Below the pieces are notes generated by a model. It saw nothing but the letters and a program-made list of their open reading frames with translations, ran no database searches and was not told where the DNA came from. Below, one piece after another: positions 47,485 to 58,886 of a stretch of 64,000 nt of DNA. Position 1 is the stretch's first letter. Each line of letters opens with the position of its first letter. The position numbers were made by a program, and so were the translations under genes. The stretch is from Plasmodiophora brassicae (taxonomy: Eukaryota): contig CP145420.1 of NCBI GenBank assembly GCA_036867785.1, positions 868,001-932,000 of the forward strand, given 5' to 3'.

Positions 47485-47755
47485 CGTTGTATCGCCACGT
47501 CGCCAACTCCGTGCGCACACCTTGACCTGCGTGTTGCATCGTCCGGGCAGTACCCGGAACAACTGCACACCGAGGATCCGCGGCGTGGCTGTCCTTGCTG
47601 TGCGAGCTGCATCCCGACTCGTGACGGGGCCAGAGTCTGAACTGCATCTTTAGATCTGCGCCGTTGCCCATAGACAGAACTGCAGACGTCGCAACGGCTG
47701 CTGGCCTGCAGCGGGAAGCTGCATCGGGATCCGTGACGCGTTCGCTTAGGCGGGC

Positions 47756-48391
47756 ATGATGTCTGGTCAGCGTCTGATCGCATTTGACCTAGATGGGACG
47801 ATATGGTCGCCCGAGATGTACGAACTGTAGGGCGCGAACGTTCCTTCAGTGCGTATCGCTGTGGGCTAACCCCGAGCCGGAGGTAGATGGGGTGGTGGAG
47901 GGCCACCCTTCCGTCCACATGCGACGACCGGTGATGTTGTCGACCAGCAAGGGACTCGCGTGCGAATGCTGGGCGATACGCGGTCGATTTTGGCACGCGT
48001 ACATGAAACGAATGACCCGTCCGTTGTCCTGGCGATTTCATCAAGGACGGACGAACCAGACTGGGCGCAGATCTGCCTGAACACGATGGAAGTCCGGCCT
48101 GGCATTGCACTCAAGCGGCTGTTCACTTATGAATGCATATCCAAATCCGCCAAGGTGACGTTACTGCTTCTGCCCCCCTGGCACCACGTCTGATCTGTTC
48201 TAACGCAGACGGAGCATTTCAGGGCGCTCAACCGGAAGACCGGCATTCCGTTCAGCAACATGGTGTTCTTCGACAACGAGCCCGGCAACATCCGCCTGGT
48301 CAGCCAGCTTGGCGTGCACTGCATCCTCACACCCGATGGCGTCAAGCACAGCCACTGGCAGCAGGCCATGTCCCGTCTTCAGAACCCATAA
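47756..48391 (+). CDS. MDP1: Magnesium-dependent phosphatase 1 (HAD subfamily IIIC)
   Basis: LIAFDLDGTIW, AISSRTDEPDWA, K..HF..L..KTGIPFSNMVFFDNE..NI..VSQLGV. Confidence 0.88.
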
Positions 48392-48439
48392 AATGCCCAA
48401 GAACGATGGGAATGACAATGTGTTGGGAGTGTATGGAGA

Positions 48440-49021
48440 TCAGTAGCCGCCACGTCCGCGGCCGCCTCTGCCTCCACCCCGGCCGCCGCGAGGTCCGCCT
48501 CGGCCAGCGCCTCGGGAGAATCCCCCGCGGCCGCCACGTGCCTGGAAACCGCCACGCGCCTGGAAACCGCCACGGCCACCTCGACCTGGGCCACCACGAC
48601 CGCGAGGTGCCCCACGACCTCGGAACGCGCCGCCACGTCCAGCTGGCTTCGGTTTCGGCTTGTCTTCGTTAAGAAACCGCGACATGGGCAGGAGCTTGTC
48701 AGGAGCAATGTACATTACATCGCTGGGTTTGAACGACGTGCTCTTCATGCCTTCCATCATCTTGATCGTGAAATACACCTTGTTGATGGGTCCGAGCACT
48801 TCCTCGACCTTCCCGATCTGCTGTTTGTTCTTCAGGTAGATCGGCGCGTTGAAGTACGGAACCATGCTGTTCGTCGATTCGCAGACGATTTCGCCTTCGC
48901 AGTCATGGCTGACCGTGCCCATCTCGATGACACGCTCCGGTGGGCCCGCATCAAACCTCTGCTGGAATCCACCACGACCACCACCGCGACCGCCGCCGCG
49001 CCCACGCCCACGATAGCTCAT
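48440..49021 (-). CDS. GAR1: H/ACA ribonucleoprotein subunit 1
   Basis: RGG-rich termini and GPPERV...[27 protein letters not shown]...KLLPMSRFL. Confidence 0.96.
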   Translation of the reverse strand: MSYRGRGRGGGRGGGRGGFQQRFDAGPPERVIEMGTVSHDCEGEIVCESTNSMVPYFNAPIYLKNKQQIGKVEEVLGPINKVYFTIKMMEGMKSTSFKPSDVMYIAPDKLLPMSRFLNEDKPKPKPAGRGGAFRGRGAPRGRGGPGRGGRGGFQARGGFQARGGRGGFSRGAGRGGPRGGRGGGRGGRGRGGY

Positions 49022-49126
49022 GATGCTGACGAAGCGGTCTGCCCGGCAGGCTGGACAGCGATCTCCGTACGGAGTCCGCGGCGGACTTACCCGATGGTTT
49101 AGGGGGGTTCCACAACGGGGACCGTT

Positions 49127-49844
49127 ATGGACCGCACCAAGCGTGTCGTTGTCGGATCCAACAACCCGGCCAAGATTCGGGCCGTCCAGATTGGCCTCGA
49201 GGCCGTCCTACCTGGGGAAAAGTTCGATGTTGTCGGTGCGGGCGTTTCGTCCGGCGTCAAAGCGCAGGTGTCGCCCTAGAACCGGTACCTGCTACCGAAA
49301 CTGACGCGGTGCTGTTGTAGCCGATGACGATGCAGGAGACATCGGACGGATCCAAGAATCGCGCGATTGCTGCGATGGCGTCGGACGGTGCTGCCGAGTT
49401 CGGCGTCGGGCTTGAAGGCGGTATTGAAGAAGGACCTGACGGGAAACACTTCGAATCTGGATGGTGCACCGTTGTCGATCGTGGCGGTATCGTTTACCGA
49501 CCACCTTTCCCGGTCCTCTCGTTTGACATGGTTGCCGTACAGGGCGTATAGGGCAAGCGTCTACAGCCAGAATGCAAGTTTCGGAATCGGTCTTGGAGCG
49601 TATCAAAGCCGGGGAGGAGCTCGGCGACATTGTTGACGATCTGTCCCTGCAAACCGACGTCCGATCCGGCCAAGGATTTATGGGTCTTATCACGAACGGC
49701 GGTGCGCGTGAACGTGCAACGGTTTCGCTTGGTCACGTACACTGACGTGACCTCGTAGGTTTGCCCAGGGATGCATGCTATTCGCACGCCGTCATGCTGG
49801 CTTTCGCGCCCTTCGTCAGCAACCCAGTGTTCTGGAGAGAATAA
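49127..49844 (+). CDS. Non-canonical purine NTP phosphatase (YjjX/DUF84 family)
   Basis: [45 protein letters not shown] and GLITNG; 3 introns. Confidence 0.88.
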
Positions 49845-49893
49845 CCATTGTTGGGTAATAACTATGGGGCATGGCCGTTTCCTAACGAGGCTT

Positions 49894-52771
49894 TCAGCTG
49901 TCCGTCCGCCTCTTCGTCTGTCGTCTGGTCGTCGGCTCAACGGACGGGTCGTTATCGTCCTGGTTCGACGGCGGTTCATAGGCGTGCAACGTTAACCCGG
50001 AGGCCATGGTGCCCAGGTTGATCGTGTCGACCTGGCCGCCGTTGTCCATCGTTCCGACCGTTACTGTGTGTGGGTCTGGTACGGCTGCCGGGCCATGAAT
50101 TTGCCTGGCGTAGTACCCACCCATCTCTGGCGTCCTGTCCAGCATGCCAGGCAGCGTTTCCATGTCCATAGCCATTCGCGGGCGCTTACGTTCCCGTACA
50201 GGCGGCGCTTTCATCATGGCGATCGTCGAGGACGCGCGCACGTACAGTATGACGATAATGACGATGACGTGGAGGCAGACGGCGGCCGAGGCGAGACTCG
50301 TGCGCTGTGTCGCAGAGAACGATGCGCCGTACAGGAAGACCCCAGCGAAGCAGACGTTCAGAACCTTGATCCAGGCCAGGGGCGTCGCCACGCGCCCACG
50401 ATACGGTTGCCGAACAGCGAGGGCGATCGCATATCCAATGCGAAGCACCATCGCGAGCGCCACTTGCGACTTGGCCGTCTTCGTCAGGACGCAGATCGCA
50501 AGGCCGTCGATGGCCTGGACGGCGACCTTCAGCGTCAGGAAGCGACGGTACCGATCTGTGTAGTCGGCCACCAGCGGTTCCAGCAGCGGGCGCCCGTCAG
50601 AGTGCCGCGTGGAACAGTAATAGACGCAACATGGAAAGCCGATGACGAGAACGACCATGGTGGCGAAGCAGGTCCCGGCGACCACGAATACCCTGTGGGT
50701 GGCATGATACTCAGCGACAGGGTGCGCATGGTGCAACAAGCAATGGGACGAACTCGCTGGAAACATATTGGAGATGGAGGCCGCAGACGATGACCATCGA
50801 CTGCAGGAAGAACATCTCGACGCGGAACAGCCACTGGACGATATGATCCGTCAGCGACGGCATCTCGTCGATGTACGCCTGGAACGAGTGCCCTCCCAGG
50901 CACGTACGGGCGATCGACGCCGCCACCTCCATGAGCACCCTAGCGGCAACGCGTCAATTGCGAATGGCGTTCAGATGGGGACGACCTGTGGACCTGAAGG
51001 CGGGGACGACGACGACGACGGACGTGATGACGAAGACGTTCGTGAAGATGACGAAGAGGACGAGGTCAGCGGGGTCAACGCCAACGGCAGCGGCTGCCCA
51101 TTGCAGCGGGTATTCCGACGACATTGTCGCAGATCGCAACCCGGCCGCCCAGGCGCCAAACACGCGATTGAACGGGGATGGTGCCGACAGGCCCGTCATC
51201 CAGCCCATCTGCTGGACGGACTGACGGTAGACGGGCGGCAGCGTCAGCGTCATGGCGCTGACGGCAACCATGTCCCGAACGTAGTCGATGACGTGCCACA
51301 TGCTACAGGGGCGCGTCACCGCCAGGTTGGAGAACGCACCTAGGGGCACGTTCAGGACAGCGAACCGACGACGAACGAGCGAGCCGGGGCACCTCGATAG
51401 ATTCCCGTCATGAAGATCGCCACGATGGTTATGATGACGATGGCATCGACAGCGGCAGATGCGAGCTGAGCGGCCACTGCCCAGCCGCTGGCATCGATGC
51501 CAGCGTAGGCGATGCAATCGCCACCGTTGGCGTTGCATCTGGAGCGTGGACCCGGCGTCAGCCGCCGGCTCGTCGTCGGGGACGGCACCTGCGTCGTCGT
51601 CGTCGTTCTGTTCAATGACGTGCCTGATGGCTGAGCGGCAGAAGCAACCGGATGGGCCAATGCCAAGCTGGTCACAGCATGTGGCCTGCGCCAACTCAGA
51701 TTGCAGGCCTACGTCAGACATGCTGAACCTACGGGGTGGACATCACCCTGCTGTTCGTCGTGACGGCGTTGCTTGGCGCCCCGATGGGTTTGCTCGTTGC
51801 TGCTGCTGCGTTTGGGATAGTCGTTCTCGGACGAAACCGGCTCGTTACTCGGTTGGCAGCAGAGGCGGCCGGCACCAGAGCCGTTTGCCGCGCCTGCCCA
51901 GCGCTCGATGATGCCGAATGCATCGTTGGTGGCGGCGGTTGCGGGATGGTCGTTGTTGCCGGTGCGCATATGGGATACGTCGGTTGCGGGTTGGCGTAGA
52001 AGTGTGTTGTAGGTGGCTGGGGTATGCACACGATTGCAACACTGGGCTGCTGAGTGATGTCGCTATAAGAGTGGCATATATCAGGGTCCCCGGTGCGATC
52101 CAGCGGGTTCGATTCCGCTCCCACTTACAGATTGGTCACCTTCGTCAGGTAGCGAAACAGGTCGTACGGGAAGACCCTGACGAGGTTGTAGCTGATTGTC
52201 CTGTCGAGCGGATCGTCCGTTACAATTCCGAGGCGGCATACTGCCAAGGGCAAGCGGGGACATACAGAGTTCCCAGCGACGTCAGCGGGTCCAGCAGGCC
52301 CGATGGAAACCCAACGAGGGAGTTGGACCCGAGGTCCCTGACAAGGGAGATGCGCGTCAGGACGGCACACTCAGCAAACGCGGGTACACAAATATACAGG
52401 GTGGTCAGGCTGGTCATCTGGTCGAACGACGCCGGCGCAATGTACGATAGGAGGTTCCCGTCCAAATACCTGGCAGCAGGCGCATTGGCGACACGCGTCC
52501 GACGCACGATCACGCGCGCACACGTTACAGGGCTTTGTAGTTGCTCAACCCAGAGAACCAGGACGCATTGACGCGCCCTGTGAGGCCCTTAGCGCTGAGT
52601 TGTCTGATCGAACGACCCACGTTCAGCGCTGCAAATACGAGCGCAGGTCGCGACTTACATCGCATTGGCGGTGCAGGAACCCGGGTACCATGCGCAAACG
52701 TTACTAAGCGCCGCAGGCGCCAGCGCCATCGCGAGCAGCGCGGCTCTCAGCACGCGGGTCGCCATGATCAT
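49894..52771 (-). CDS. Signal peptide + LRR + Ser/Thr/Pro stalk + multi-pass TM receptor-like protein
   Basis: Hydrophobic leader, single-LRR exons (LDGNLLSYIAPASFDQMTSLTTL; LGSNSLVGFPSGLLDPLTSLGTL), a stalk, a Cys-rich patch and a TM region with WHVIDYV..LPPVYRQ and PLVADY..RYR.F motifs. Confidence 0.7.
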
Positions 52772-52967
52772 CAAGCCACAGCGACACGTCCACCCATTGG
52801 CACGATCGCGCCCGGATACCCCGGGAGGTGTACGCTCGATCCACACTGCGCTTCCGCGTCTCCTTGATCAGACACGCGATCCTCCCGGAACCCCCTAAGG
52901 TCGAGCAGCTGACCATCGCGACGCGTGGAGCCCAGCAGATGGTGCTTGGCGTGATGTATATGAGAAA

Positions 52968-53532
52968 TCAGGACGCAGGAGCGGCGACGAGGATCTCCGA
53001 CAGGTCCTGACGGAGGTCGGCGGGGAGAGGGATTGGCCGGTGCGAATCCCGATCGACGAATACGTGGACCAAGGTGCCAGACGCCGCGGCTGAGTCGCGA
53101 TCGCCATCGGACGTAAATATGCCGATCTGATACGTCACCGATGAGTTACCGAGCTTGCTGATGGAAACGCCTAATCAGACGCGCACGTCGTCAGCACACA
53201 GACGCCAGGCAGCGAGCGCGGGCCGCACCGGCGTTGATGACGCTGGGGTGGCTGATCTGACGATGGTAGTTGCATGACGACGCGACGACGAACGGGATGG
53301 CCGGCAGGGCATGCGTCGGCGTCTGCCCGATCATCATGTTGAACCGTCGGATCAGGACATGCGTGATGGCCGTGTCGAAATACGAATAGAACACGCTGTT
53401 CGTGACGTGGCCGAACGCGTCCTGGTCGCTCCATCGCGTCTGGATGTCCACCCAGCACTTGTACGCCCCACGATTCGGGACGACGCGGGGCGCCTGGCTT
53501 ACAGACGACGTCGACAGCGCGCGACGCCACAT
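52968..53532 (-). CDS. Acyl-CoA thioesterase, 4HBT/YbgC hot-dog family
   Basis: TRWSDQDAFGHVTNSVFYSYFD, SSCNY, KLGNSSVTYQIGIF and VHVFVD; the MWRRALS leader resembles a mitochondrial presequence. Confidence 0.9.
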
Positions 53533-53839
53533 TGTCGGCGCTGTGCGCACCCCCATCGGCAAAAGCCTATTTCGGGTCATTGCAGGCCGACCCGAAGAGC
53601 ACCGGCCTGTTCTGTAACCCAAAACTTCGTCCACGTCTGCAACTGCAAGAGGCCAAGAGTGCGTGACTACAGCTACGTACAGGTCCGGGTCGTTCGGCGG
53701 TGGCGCAGACTTGACTGTCATTTGTCAACCAGACTGCGCGACAGCATATTGCGACATGACATATCGCGTTAGCCGGTGCCCCGGACCGAATCTTGGACGC
53801 CTTCGTTGTCTGATCACTGGCCCTTCCTTTAACATTATA

Positions 53840-54847
53840 TTAGACGTGGGCAGCGGGATCTGGGACGTCAGCATGCGCGTTAGAAACGTTGGCAGGCTGG
53901 GAGGCGTTAGCGTAGCGAGGGGGTTGCATGAGTAGCTCGGGATTTGGAACGGTTTGGGATGGGGCTCGCATGCCAGCCAAGGTCCTCCACAGGTAGACGG
54001 CTGCAGCGATAGAAATGAGCAGGGGGATCACGAGGAGGTATTCGACTTGGCTGGGAAGGACGTCGCTCTGCCCGAACGATGCTAACGTCAGACAGAAATC
54101 AAACGTGCCGTGGATGACCATTTGCGGCCAGATCCTGGAGAACCGAACGGCGAACGGGGAGCCGCCATGCATTTGAAGTTTGGCGATCTCCTTAGCGGAC
54201 CTTGCACCCAGCGACAAGTGCAAGGGAAAGAGCACAACGCGAACCACGATGGTAAACAGTGCGAGGCCGAATCCGCCACTGAATAATGACGCGGCAGCGT
54301 AGATCATGTCCTCGCATGTTGCGAATCCCAGGGCGCTTAACACGCCGAATGTGACGATCTGGTGATGGGTCAAGAGGGGCTGAGGGGGCTGCAAGCTCCG
54401 ATGGTACTTGATCGCAAAACTGGTCAGCCACCATTTGTAGAGCTCCTCAACGACTCCTGGCGTGATAAACATCGTGAGGAAGGTGAAGATTAACTTGCTG
54501 GTCAGGCCGGACACGTCCGAGAATGCTAGGGAGACGATCAGGCTGATGACAAGTTCAACGACGAAGGCGCCAATGACGAGGAGGAACCCTCGCCAGTAGG
54601 CGATCTGGAGAGTCAACGAATCCATCTGGCGCACATCAGCTGACGACGTATTCCGTGCCCAGAACGCGATGATCGCCGTTGGTATAAACGAAATGATGGC
54701 AATGAGCAGGCCAGCGATGACCGATCCCGACATCAACGCGACAAGAAGAATCAAGACCAGCAACGCAATCCGAATTGGCCATCGGAAGAGCGCGCCAAAT
54801 CGGTGCTGCGGCCGGTCAGCCACAGGCGCTGGATCGCCCGTGATCAT
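53840..54847 (-). CDS. PrsW-family glutamic intramembrane protease (5' end may extend)
   Basis: PGVVEELYK (EExxK), ALGFATCED (FxxxE), R..LFPLH and IHGTFDF motifs in a multi-TM ORF. Confidence 0.85.
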   Translation of the reverse strand: MITGDPAPVADRPQHRFGALFRWPIRIALLVLILLVALMSGSVIAGLLIAIISFIPTAIIAFWARNTSSADVRQMDSLTLQIAYWRGFLLVIGAFVVELVISLIVSLAFSDVSGLTSKLIFTFLTMFITPGVVEELYKWWLTSFAIKYHRSLQPPQPLLTHHQIVTFGVLSALGFATCEDMIYAAASLFSGGFGLALFTIVVRVVLFPLHLSLGARSAKEIAKLQMHGGSPFAVRFSRIWPQMVIHGTFDFCLTLASFGQSDVLPSQVEYLLVIPLLISIAAAVYLWRTLAGMRAPSQTVPNPELLMQPPRYANASQPANVSNAHADVPDPAAHV

Positions 54848-55667
54848 TGAGTCTCTGAAACAGTAATAAAGACCTGCGGTGAGTCACTCGTTATGGCACG
54901 AGTCCCTCATCCTCCGGCGTTCCAGACTGATCCGGATAATGGAACCATTAATCCCTTTGTTTCTAGGTGTTTCATTCCTGATGCTGGCGACATCGCGCCT
55001 GGGGCGTCCTCGCTGACCTGTCGTCGAGGAATGGAAACGACGGCGCCAGTGCGCAGGAGGCGACGTCATAGACCCGTCCGCCGAGCTGAACTCACGGGCA
55101 CAGCATCAACAGAATCATCTGCTTTAGGTCCCATCTGGGGCAGGTCGACCCGTAACGGGCTCGTCCTTCAGCAGGTTGGTGACCTGTGTCGCCATCTGCC
55201 TGTGCGATTGCGACTTGATCTCCATGGAAGCTGTGCGTCGAGCAGCACTGGGGCCCAGACACATAATTACACCTCAGGTGATCCGAAAGCCGGTGCAGTG
55301 TGTCAAACTCTGGCGATGTTAGACCCCAGGCGGCGCGGGTAATCGAACTCTGGCATTCTCGCAGGTTTCCAGGGTTTTCTGCAGTCAGCTTCAGACATGT
55401 GATGTGGCCCGCAATCGCCATCCAGGTTTTGTCACACTGATACAGAAGTATCTGCTGTGGGCGATGCATTTTCTCAAAACATATCACGTATTTCCGAATG
55501 CGACAGAATCGCACGACGAAGTTTACAGGATGCGAGCAGCGGACGAGGAGCCCCGGCGTGCATGACAGACGGGTCGACGTCACTTAAGCACGCCCGGCAC
55601 TCGGCAGCGACGGGTGATGACTGGAGGATGCAGTTACGGAGTCCGTGGGGAATCGCGACGCGCTCGA

Positions 55668-58582
55668 ATGGAAGGCAACAACATGTCGGCGGGCGAAGTC
55701 GCCACCGATGCCGCCCGCGACGTCGCGCCGCAGAACGGCGCTGCCAAGCGACAACGCGGGAACGATGGCCTGCCATCGAGAATCGAGGTCCGGCTCGATC
55801 AGCCATTGCCGCCAGCTCCGTAAGCGGTGGCGATGTCGTGCTAAGACACTGGCAACTAATCGTTCCCCAAAGCCGATATAACGAATCGAGGCGCGGAGGC
55901 AAACGTCATCGTTCCCACGATGCCGGTTTTACCCGCGGTGATAACTACGCTGACGAGGAGGATACTGTCGCCCAAGTCAAACAGTATATTGCCCGGTATG
56001 GTACGTCGCGACCTGGAGAGCGATCTGTTCTGAACGTTGTGCTTCAGGCTTGCCGATCGGGAAGACCCTCGAGCACGCGACGACGAACTTGTCGACATGT
56101 CGGCGGTTCTCCTCCACGACTTGCAGCAGCGTCATCGTGGCGTCGTCGTTGATACCATTGTCGAATGGTGAGTGCGGACGGGCGCTGCTCATAGTAGGCG
56201 GCAAACAATAACGTTCCGTTTACAGTGGGATGTCCATGCCGTTAAAACAACCGTACTTTGCTGTTCTCGCCGGCTTACTTGCGAAACGCGATGCCCATCT
56301 GGTGTCGGACATAACGACATCGATCGAAGGGCATATGAAGAAGGCGTTTGAGTCCGGCGAGACACGACACATTCGTCTGCTGCTATTCTTCCTATCTGCA
56401 TTGGCCGAGGTCTATGTTGCCGCATCTCTCTGCATCCGGCCGGCGTCTAAGTCTTTTCCAGGCCCGCGTGTTTTCTGTCGATGACGTTGTCGATATGCTG
56501 GTTGACCTCATGCAAGTCGGGCAAGCTTGTTCGGCGGTGGGGTCACCTCAGGCGGATTGGGCTGCGCACGTGACCATGTCGACGATGGCGCGATCGTGCC
56601 CAGGTTAGTGTACTACTGGACGGTTATATGCGATACTCATATTGCTCACGTTTCTGCCAGAAATATTCAACAATGAACTTCTGTGGCTGTCGCTTCGCGA
56701 CTATTTCGAGGCTCGTTCCGCCCTGGACCAGCCCGCAGCCAACCGGCTACTCACCGCGATGGTAGCCGGTGAGGAACACGTGTTCTTGTGCGATCGCGAC
56801 CTTCTTCAGGTCCTATACGATGCGCTTCTGGACATGAGGTCGTCGGAGAAGTTCCACGTCTCTGTTCTTCGCTCTCCGCTCCAATCCGTTCGGGACTCGC
56901 TGCCGAGGTACGTCCGGTGTCGTATCATCAGCAGACGTATAAACCAATTGGTGGTTTTACAGGAGTGCTCTGGGCTCGTTCATGTTCCGGGTTTCTCATG
57001 TCCATGGCGATTCTGGTGCATCGCGTGGGCTTGGGCAATGTGCAGCGAGGTGGGCGATACCCCAGCGGTTCCATTTGATGTTGGGCCAGAACAACCCGGA
57101 GCATCGGCTACATGCTGGCCTGAGCGTAATGGACGCGATAGTCCTTGAGCAAATTGTGGGGAGCGCTTCCGGGAGCAGTCTCCTCTGCGTCTAACGTTTG
57201 GGTTACAGATTCTCGACCAGCTTTACATGTGGCATGAGGCAGCGCGTGAGTCGATGCTTATGCTGGCTGATTTCATCACACCCTTTAACGGACAGGTATG
57301 CTCGTTAACCTGTATGCATGTTACGTTCTGACCTATTCATGTCAGCAATTGCTCATTGAAACTATCCTGTCACGTGTCCTGGATGTCAATCCCAGCTCAC
57401 TGCCCGGCGTCTACTGGCGTTCACTTTCAGTCTGGTGCCTGCGGGCCGATCCTAAGATGGCCGTCTTCCTGGGCCGTTCGGTTCACCGCCTGTTCCAGAA
57501 GCTGGACGCTCTGTCGCTTGCTGCTCGGGAACGTTTCGCGACATGGTTCGCCTTTCACTTGTCGAACACTAACTTCGAGTGGCCATGGTCTGCGTGGAGC
57601 GAAGTGGCAAACGTAACAGATCCCAACGAACCCCGAAGGTACTTCGTCCAGAGCGCGCTTCATCAAGGTATATGTGCTTTGGCCCCCGAACGGATGACCC
57701 TGGTCCTCAGTCGTGCGTCTCAGGCGTTCGGCTGTGCTATTACGAGTGCGTCGACGATGCGCTGAAGGATGCCCCGTCGCTACGACCACTTCTTCCTAAT
57801 GCGGAAGCAGTGCCAGTCATGACATGCGACGATGAAGGGAAGCGCGAGGAACTGTGCCAAAAGATTCATTCGCGGGCCCCGTTCGACGACTTGCTCGAAG
57901 TTGCCCAGAACGACGTTGAGCTCATCGTCAACTGCATCCTGTGGCATGGGCAGAAGTCGTACTCGCATTTCTTCTCGCGTTTCGTGCTCTACGAAACGGA
58001 GATCGCCGATCGGTTCAAGGAGAACCCGGGCTCGTTGATCGGCGTGGTTGGCAAGTTCTGGGCTCAGTCGCCCCAGAGGATTGCCGTCATCGTCGACAAG
58101 GTAGACCTGCCATGCTGAGCCCGCGAGCTGGAGCCCTTTCTCATCCATGTGTGTGCCTCCAGATGATGCGCCATGCCGTTGTGCCTTACGAGGGCGTCGT
58201 GGATTGGCTCCTGGGGTCATACTACCGGGAGACGGCGCAGGACGTTCAAGCGCGATCTTACGTGTTCTGCATTCTGCACAACGCCATCGATTGCGCCAAA
58301 CTGGACGGAGCCGACGTTGCTGGTCGGTGCGTCATTCAGGCACTGCGAGGTCTGGCCCGGATCGCCGGCAAGGACCCCGAACGCGCCATCGTCCGCGAAC
58401 GGGTCGCCCTGCTCATCCGTCACGCCGGCGACGTCTGCACCGCCGACGCCGACGCCATCCTCGGCATCGACTTCGCCGACCCGGAGGCGGCCACCGTCAA
58501 GCACGAGATCGAACACGCCCGGCGCCGGATGCCCGCTGACACGGCGTCGTCCCGCGACGACGCCATGCTGGACGACGCCTAG
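55668..58582 (+). CDS. NCBP1: Nuclear cap-binding protein subunit 1 (CBP80)
   Basis: MPLKQPYFAVLAGLL, ERFATWFAFHLSNTNFEWPW..W, GQKSYSH and FW..SPQ...VIVDK; multi-exon. Confidence 0.9.
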
Positions 58583-58886
58583 GACGACCCGGCGGCCGGC
58601 ACTGGCTCCAGGGTGCTTCTACCTCGCCGCCCGGACCTGGAACGCTATCTCTCTCTCTATACACAGTGTAGGCCGCTGCTGTTGCTGCGCTGAACGGCGG
58701 CAGTCCAGCCCTGACGTGACGTCGGAACAACGCACATCGGAGCGGGGTCCCGAAAGCATCAAAAAAGTGGTTCAGACCTGTGGTACTACGAACGGCGGTT
58801 CACGCCGCGTCGTGCGTGACGTGTCCGACATTTTTGCGCCGGGGCAGTCCGGCCGAGTCTGCGCTCTGTCTCGAGGCGCGCCCCAG

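Noticed and set aside
40301-54847. Several prokaryote-type families as a single horizontally acquired island
   Set aside because: They are interspersed with core eukaryotic genes (PRP19, GAR1, CCDC47), most have introns, and composition looks uniform.
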